The position numbers were made by a program, and so were the translations under genes. Shown piece after piece: positions 15,428 through 20,834 of a stretch of 20,834 bases of DNA (its first letter is position 1; the number at the start of each line of letters is the position of its first letter). The DNA comes from a virus. Lineage: Duplodnaviria; Heunggongvirae; Uroviricota; Caudoviricetes. The notes beneath the pieces are model-generated. The model did no database searches, was not told the DNA's origin, and saw nothing but the letters and a program-made list of their open reading frames with translations. The stretch is from IMG/VR virus record IMGVR_UViG_2778261058_000016, positions 1 to 20,834 of that record; one strand, written 5' to 3'.

Positions 15428-15897
15428 TGCAGAGCTTCAGGGAGTACAAGCAGCAACGGCCGACGCGTGGGCTGTACGATACCATTACTTTCTACCATCC
15501 ATCCTTTGGCTACATCCACCTGGTCGATAAGCAGTTCTTTCCGAAGACGCTCGGCGGCCAGACGTACACGCCCGCGCGCTTTGAAATCGAGGAGAGTCAG
15601 CAGAGCGGCACGCCGGTAATCGACGCGACGGTGAAGTTAGGGCGGCTTTCGTCGGACATCAAAGCGCTGATGAAGCAGTGGAAGGGCGCGGCCCGGCTGA
15701 CGGCCATCACGGCCACAAGGCAGATCTTCGACAGCGGGGACGTGTCTGTGCCGATTAAGTCCTGGCAGTTATACGTCAAGACAGTGGACATCGATGCTGA
15801 CTCCGCGTCAGTAACCCTGTCCGTCACCAACCCGCTGAACAACAACATCGGAAGGCTCTATGACCCAACGGAATATACCGGCCTGCAGTACCTCTGA
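15427..15897 (+). CDS. Minor tail protein (lambda L-like position)
   Basis: 156 aa, ATG overlaps the upstream stop (TAATG). Second gene after the tape measure. Confidence 0.5.
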   Translation: MQSFREYKQQRPTRGLYDTITFYHPSFGYIHLVDKQFFPKTLGGQTYTPARFEIEESQQSGTPVIDATVKLGRLSSDIKALMKQWKGAARLTAITATRQIFDSGDVSVPIKSWQLYVKTVDIDADSASVTLSVTNPLNNNIGRLYDPTEYTGLQYL

Positions 15898-16276
15898 TTT
15901 TGTTCGGAAGGTGATCGGCGTGCCATGGGCTAACCGGGCCTGTTCGTTCGAGAAGTTGGATTGCTGGGGGCTGGTGGTGCTGTATTACCGGCACGTTCTC
16001 GGCATTGAACTGCACCAGACGCCGGACTACGAAGCCGGTGAGGATTTCTTCACCTGCTATCAGGGAGACGTCGTTTTCTGGCGCAAGCTCGATAAACCGG
16101 TCGATGGCGGGATATTCGTCGGGTACCGCGGCGCGCAACCTGCGCATGTTGGCCTGGTACTGAACCGGCAGGCGCTGCACTCGCGCGGCGAGAACGGAAG
16201 CGTGCGCATGGACTCGTTGCTGGTCATTCAGCGGGCATTCACCAAAGTGGAGTTTTTCGAATATGGCGTTGATTGA
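15860..16276 (+). CDS. Tail-associated NlpC/P60-family cysteine peptidase (lambda gpK-like)
   Basis: 138 aa. FVRKVIGVPWANRACSFEKLDCWGLVVLYY carries the Cys-containing DCWGLV motif, with a downstream His in AHVGLVL, typical of NlpC/P60 catalytic residues. Overlaps the upstream gene by 38 nt. Confidence 0.7.
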   Translation: MTQRNIPACSTSDFVRKVIGVPWANRACSFEKLDCWGLVVLYYRHVLGIELHQTPDYEAGEDFFTCYQGDVVFWRKLDKPVDGGIFVGYRGAQPAHVGLVLNRQALHSRGENGSVRMDSLLVIQRAFTKVEFFEYGVD

Positions 16277-17081
16277 GCTTCAGCGTTTCCCGGGGACGCC
16301 AAAAGAACGCTACAGGGTGCCAAACGGCACCCTTTTTTATGACTGGCTGGTGGCAAATGACGCTACCTTTCACCGCGATCTGCTGATTGTCCGGAACGGC
16401 GTAAAGCTTTGTGATGATGACGAGCTGGCGTTTGAGCTGAGCGAACTGGACAACATCCAGATTTTCGACCAGCCAAAGGGCATTGTCAGTGACATCCTGA
16501 GCCCGATTTTCAAAGTTGTCGGGTCTGTATTTTCTTTTCTGGCGCCTAAGCCGGCAATCGCAAATACCGGTGGTAACACTGTCGACTCGCCAAACAATAG
16601 CCTGACCGGTCAGACAAACACCGCGCGCGTCTATAAAGCCAAACCGGACATATACGGGCAGGTGCGTTCTTTCCCAGACCTGATTCAGGAATCACTGTTT
16701 GAGTACATCAGCACTGGCGTGCGAGACGGTGGCAAGAAGTACGTGACGGAATGGATGTGTATCGGGATTGGCAAGTACAATTATGAGTCTGTGCGCTACT
16801 CAGAATCGAGCCTTGGAAGCATGGCCGGAGCCGAATACCAGTTCATTCAGCCTGGCGAGGTAATCCCGTCGATTAACGAAGGCTACAGCTTCGATGACGT
16901 CGATGGGCAGGAAGTCCCGGGTGCGAACCAGGGCGAATCGTTCCCTGTTGAAACCGCTACAGCCAACACAGTGGTCAGCGGCACGTATGCCGGCGGTCAG
17001 ATAGCGGTGAAAATCGTTAAACAGGCGGAATTTGACTATTTCATGGCCTGGTATTGCCGCATGCCGTCTCGTTCGACATAA
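16263..17081 (+). CDS. Tail assembly protein (lambda gpI-like N-terminal region), 272 aa
   Basis: Position after the NlpC/P60 gene. Internal hydrophobic patch ILSPIFKVVGSVFSFLAP followed by a polar N/T/S-rich segment resembles gpI-type proteins. The C-terminal about 100 aa may belong to the downstream J-like protein (see findings). Confidence 0.45.
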   Translation: MALIELQRFPGTPKERYRVPNGTLFYDWLVANDATFHRDLLIVRNGVKLCDDDELAFELSELDNIQIFDQPKGIVSDILSPIFKVVGSVFSFLAPKPAIANTGGNTVDSPNNSLTGQTNTARVYKAKPDIYGQVRSFPDLIQESLFEYISTGVRDGGKKYVTEWMCIGIGKYNYESVRYSESSLGSMAGAEYQFIQPGEVIPSINEGYSFDDVDGQEVPGANQGESFPVETATANTVVSGTYAGGQIAVKIVKQAEFDYFMAWYCRMPSRST

Positions 17082-18739
17082 ACGTCACTTACGCGACTGC
17101 CTCTGGTTCGGTAACTACTGACGCCACGTTCTCCGGCACGCTTGTTTCAGCTGTAGAGACAAACGACGGCGCGGTGATAAACCCAGTCCGCTGGTACACC
17201 TTCACCATGGGCGACCTGGATGGCCCGCCAGATATCCCCGCTACCGCAACGATCAACACGACGAAGTTCGTGCTGAACGACAACGAAGCGCTGGTCGTAG
17301 GTCCGTTCTTTTCTCCGGTTGAATCAACGCAGTTGTGGATCCATACCCAAAGTAGCCTCGGTCCGAAGAAGCAGACCAACTGGAAGGTGGTGCTTTGGAA
17401 AATTGATGACGACTACAACATGATCCCTGGCACTCAGCAGACGCTGGTGTTCAAGCAGACAACCTGGCACAAGCAGGATAGCGAGACATTCTATCGGACC
17501 GACAAGATAGTGCCGACTGGCGGCTTCGGGAAGTACGCCATTAACCTGCAGCGCACCGATAACTCTGGTGATGCGTCGATACTCAAACTTGAGGAAATCC
17601 ACGCCGTAAACGTGCGAACAAACGTTGTCCATCCAACCGATACGCTGGTGCGCGTGAAGGTTAGGGCTACAGAGAACGCGCTGGGCAGCCGCGACCGCAA
17701 ATACAACGCCCTGGTAACGCGGCACACCATCACGTACGATCTGGACACGCAGACGGTAGATTACACGCTGCGTCCGTCGCGTTCATTCGCTGATGCAGTG
17801 GCTCACACATGGCTGATTATGGGTGAGCAGCCCGTAAGCAGCATTGACCTGTATGGGTTGTATTCGATCGCCGAAAGCCTGCCTGATGAGCGCCTTGGTT
17901 ACTTCGACTATACCTTTGATGATGAGAACGACTCTCTGGGAGACCGCGTGCAGGCGATCTGCAATGCGGCATCTGTGGTGGCGTACTGGGACGACGGTGT
18001 GCTCACGTTCACCAGGGACCAGAAAGTTGGCTACCCGGCGGCCGTATTCAACCGGGCCAACATGAAGACGGACGAGTACAAAATGACGTACGAGGCTACT
18101 CTTCCAGGCGGTTACGACGGCGTGCAGGTGTCCTACGTTCACCCGACCACGAACAACAAGACGTACATCAACTACCGTGTTCTGAACGGCGTTATCGTCG
18201 AGCAGGAAGCGGAGAACCCGAATAAGATCGAAATTGTCGGCTTCCGTAACGAGTATCAGGCGCGCGAACGCGCGCTGCGCGAAACGAAGCGCCTAATCTA
18301 CTCCCGGGTGAAGATGAACGCAAAAGTGTTTGAGGACGGTATTATCCAGGTTGGCAGCGTCATTCAGATGCCTGATATCTACGACAGCAACCAGCAACAG
18401 GGTTACATCACCGGCCGCGCCGGGAATAACTTCGATACCAGCGAGCCGCTCACCTTTTCCGGGGATATGTACGTGCTGGTGACCGACAGCCTGGGTAATC
18501 CGACGCTGCGCTATCCGGCGACGGCCCGCGGTGACACGAAGTACGGCTTCACCGCGGCAATACCCGACATTCAGCCCAACATATGGAACGGAGACACTGT
18601 ACAGCTCCCGTCGCGCTACCTCATTGCGACAGTGGAGGAACTGGACAGTCAGCTATGGACGGTCAACAGCATCAAACCGAACACAGATAACACGGTATCT
18701 CTGACCGTCGCGGAATACAGCGACGCAATCTACCAATAA
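17054..18739 (+). CDS. Tail tip / host-specificity protein, lambda gpJ-like central region, 561 aa
   Basis: Long beta-rich protein in the J position. The ORF-track start is a TTG inside the upstream gene; the first in-frame ATG is about 50 codons later and no candidate start has a good RBS, so the true start is uncertain. Confidence 0.5.
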   Translation: MPHAVSFDINVTYATASGSVTTDATFSGTLVSAVETNDGAVINPVRWYTFTMGDLDGPPDIPATATINTTKFVLNDNEALVVGPFFSPVESTQLWIHTQSSLGPKKQTNWKVVLWKIDDDYNMIPGTQQTLVFKQTTWHKQDSETFYRTDKIVPTGGFGKYAINLQRTDNSGDASILKLEEIHAVNVRTNVVHPTDTLVRVKVRATENALGSRDRKYNALVTRHTITYDLDTQTVDYTLRPSRSFADAVAHTWLIMGEQPVSSIDLYGLYSIAESLPDERLGYFDYTFDDENDSLGDRVQAICNAASVVAYWDDGVLTFTRDQKVGYPAAVFNRANMKTDEYKMTYEATLPGGYDGVQVSYVHPTTNNKTYINYRVLNGVIVEQEAENPNKIEIVGFRNEYQARERALRETKRLIYSRVKMNAKVFEDGIIQVGSVIQMPDIYDSNQQQGYITGRAGNNFDTSEPLTFSGDMYVLVTDSLGNPTLRYPATARGDTKYGFTAAIPDIQPNIWNGDTVQLPSRYLIATVEELDSQLWTVNSIKPNTDNTVSLTVAEYSDAIYQ

Positions 18740-18761
18740 GAACCGTCCCCGACCAACCAAA

Positions 18762-18786
18762 CCCGGCCACCGTGCCGGGTTTTTTT
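18762..18786 (+). terminator. Rho-independent terminator (CCCGGC-caccgt-GCCGGG plus 7 T)
   Basis: Perfect 6-bp GC stem followed by TTTTTTT, 23 nt after the TAA ending the J-like gene. Confidence 0.6.
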
Positions 18787-18797
18787 ATGGAATCAAT

Positions 18798-20834
18798 ATG
18801 GCTACGCAACCTACCAATTTGTCTGTCCCAAGCGAATCACCACGCGATCTGAAGTTTAATGCTGGTAAAATTGACGAGTTTGTAACGTCGCTGGTCAACA
18901 CTTATGTCGACCGTTTCGGTAATGAGCACTACACCATTGAAGGCCTGCGCTGGCTTGCGCAGCAGGCGATAGCCCAGTATGGGTGGATACCTGTGGAATC
19001 CTTTCAGGCGGGTGCCACTATCTCGCTGCCTAACCAGATCTTAAAAGATACATCTACTGGTGAATATTACAGATGGGATGGGGCACTTCCTAAGGTTGTT
19101 CCTGCTGGCTCAACGCCATCCTCAACGGGAGGAACAGGTGTTGGGGCTTGGTTAAGTGTCGGTGATTCAGCGTTGAGGAGCATGCTCGGAGCCAACGATG
19201 GGGAAAAGTTAGTAGGTGAGTGTCCAACTATTGCTGCGCTTCGCTCAATAGAGCCCACATATGATAAACAGCGAATTACTCTTCGCGAACACACAGCAGG
19301 AACCAGGCTTGGTGGAGGGCAATTCCGTGCCGTTCTTTCTGGATCTTCCTATACCGACAATAATGGCACGATAATCAAGACAGCAGGCGGGGCGGCGTGG
19401 TTACGAATTAATGCGGACGTAACAAACCCCCTTATGTTTGGCGCGCTTGGGGATGGCGTCACAAACGACGTGGTTGCTATTAATAGGGCTATTGCAAGCG
19501 CATCTAAGACGGACCTTCTTGGCAGAACATACCTTATATCTGGTGGTGCAATTGAGGTCTATAACACCAATCCTTGCTCTGTTTACAGCGGTAAGATAAT
19601 TGAGCCAGCTGTCAACAACAGTACAATGATGAGAGTATCAGGGGCAGGGAAAACTATTACCGACATCATTTTTGACGGAACTACAGGATTAACGAGTAGA
19701 GGTATCATTTTTGCTTCTGGCAGTTCTACCTCTAAGGTATCAGGATGTCAGTTCCTTAATCTTAAAATGCCTGGGATAGGTGTAAGTGGTGATTATACCA
19801 ACAACATCTTTTGCAGCGACATTACCATCGATAGAAATTTATTTAACAACTGTGGTAACTCAGGGGTAAATTACGACAAGAATACCATTGTTATGGATGG
19901 TGCTTTCCAATGCACAATTTCAAATAACAGAGCGACAAATTGTAATTGGGGTGTTATTTTTAGAAAGCCTTATACATACCCCGGTCTTACTGAAACTTAC
20001 TGCCTATATAATAGGGTGGTAGGTAACTATTTTTCAGCGAAAAGTGGATACCCTTATAACCAGTGCATTAGCGCGCAAAGTCAGAGGCACTTTGAAGCAT
20101 CTGGTAACTCTATAGAAGGCTTCCTTGGTAACGCTATCGACAACCAAAGGTGTGATTTTAGTCGCATAGTCAATAACAGGATAAACTCTGGGGATGATGG
20201 CATATTCCTTGGTGATCTGAACTTCAGGGGGCACGTTGTATCTAATAATGTGATTACTGGCTGTGCAAGGGGTATCCGTGTTTATGGGCTTGCAGCTGCG
20301 TCAGAAACTGATTTTAAAAATCAAGTAATGGCAGACTTGGTTATTACTGGTAATAGCATACATGATAGTTCATTATATGGGATCTATATTTACAGGACGG
20401 AGCCGACTGATACATTTAGCGGATTTAATATATCTAACAATGTTGTGGATAATTCAGGTAGTAGAACAATTACTACTTTGGCTCAGGCTATATTAATAAC
20501 AGGTTTATCTAATGGTGTGGTTAGCGATAATATTATTAGATACGCCAGGCAGGAAGGGCTCAGGTTTGAAAATTGTTATTCGATAAATGCAATGGGAAAC
20601 AACATATCTGGCCACGATGTAAGCAATACTGGCACGTATGGAGTTTACATTGATGTGAATTGTCGAGGCGTTATTTTGCGTAACACCAATATCACAGGAG
20701 GATCAGCAACAGGTGGAGCTGTCAGAGAGACCGGAGTAAACAATACAGTTACAGGCACTCGCTGGAATGCAGTAGCGTCTGGAGTAAACTCAACAGGCAC
20801 AGGAACAGTTGTGGCTGACAACGTACCATTCTAA
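18798..20834 (+). CDS. Tailspike / tail fibre with right-handed parallel beta-helix (pectate-lyase-like) domain; probable polysaccharide depolymerase
   Basis: 678 aa ending at TAA 20832..20834. GC-rich N-terminal about 80 aa, then an AT-rich body full of Asn/Gly/Ser/Thr-rich repeats typical of beta-helix rungs (NNRINSGDDGIFLGD, ITGNSIHDSSLYGIYIY, SNNVVDNSGSRTI, SDNIIRYARQEGLRFEN). Last gene of the tail module. Confidence 0.65.
   Translation: MATQPTNLSVPSESPRDLKFNAGKIDEFVTSLVNTYVDRFGNEHYTIEGLRWLAQQAIAQYGWIPVESFQAGATISLPNQILKDTSTGEYYRWDGALPKVVPAGSTPSSTGGTGVGAWLSVGDSALRSMLGANDGEKLVGECPTIAALRSIEPTYDKQRITLREHTAGTRLGGGQFRAVLSGSSYTDNNGTIIKTAGGAAWLRINADVTNPLMFGALGDGVTNDVVAINRAIASASKTDLLGRTYLISGGAIEVYNTNPCSVYSGKIIEPAVNNSTMMRVSGAGKTITDIIFDGTTGLTSRGIIFASGSSTSKVSGCQFLNLKMPGIGVSGDYTNNIFCSDITIDRNLFNNCGNSGVNYDKNTIVMDGAFQCTISNNRATNCNWGVIFRKPYTYPGLTETYCLYNRVVGNYFSAKSGYPYNQCISAQSQRHFEASGNSIEGFLGNAIDNQRCDFSRIVNNRINSGDDGIFLGDLNFRGHVVSNNVITGCARGIRVYGLAAASETDFKNQVMADLVITGNSIHDSSLYGIYIYRTEPTDTFSGFNISNNVVDNSGSRTITTLAQAILITGLSNGVVSDNIIRYARQEGLRFENCYSINAMGNNISGHDVSNTGTYGVYIDVNCRGVILRNTNITGGSATGGAVRETGVNNTVTGTRWNAVASGVNSTGTGTVVADNVPF

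Noticed and set aside
1-20834. CRISPR arrays, tRNA or rRNA genes, att core repeats
   Set aside because: I saw no regularly spaced direct repeats, no cloverleaf-compatible segments in the short intergenic regions, and could not identify att repeats without the flanking genome. The tRNA or attL expected upstream of a P4-type integrase would lie outside the window.

Overview
This window reads as the left part of a lambda-like siphovirus prophage entered through a P4-type tyrosine integrase (1..1182). The integrase is followed by a convergent AlpA-family regulator and a leftward IS200/IS605-type TnpB element, then a rightward late operon: head morphogenesis, scaffold/protease-like, decoration and major capsid genes, head-tail joining genes, a major tail protein with a C-terminal Ig-like domain, chaperone, 976-aa tape measure, minor tail proteins including an NlpC/P60 peptidase, a J-like tip protein and a beta-helix tailspike. 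No terminase, portal, lysis or immunity genes are visible, so the prophage looks truncated or rearranged near the IS. Three visibly AT-rich insertions interrupt the GC-rich phage backbone. The strongest candidate for a new system is a standalone NYN/PIN-like nuclease gene (11310..11942) with its own promoter, structured leader and terminator, wedged between the tail chaperone and tape-measure genes. The second is a membrane-anchored 171-aa protein (3950..4465); the third is the 3' two-thirds of the tailspike gene. All calls rest on reading the sequence and the ORF track by eye and on motif recall; no searches were run and GC differences are visual estimates.
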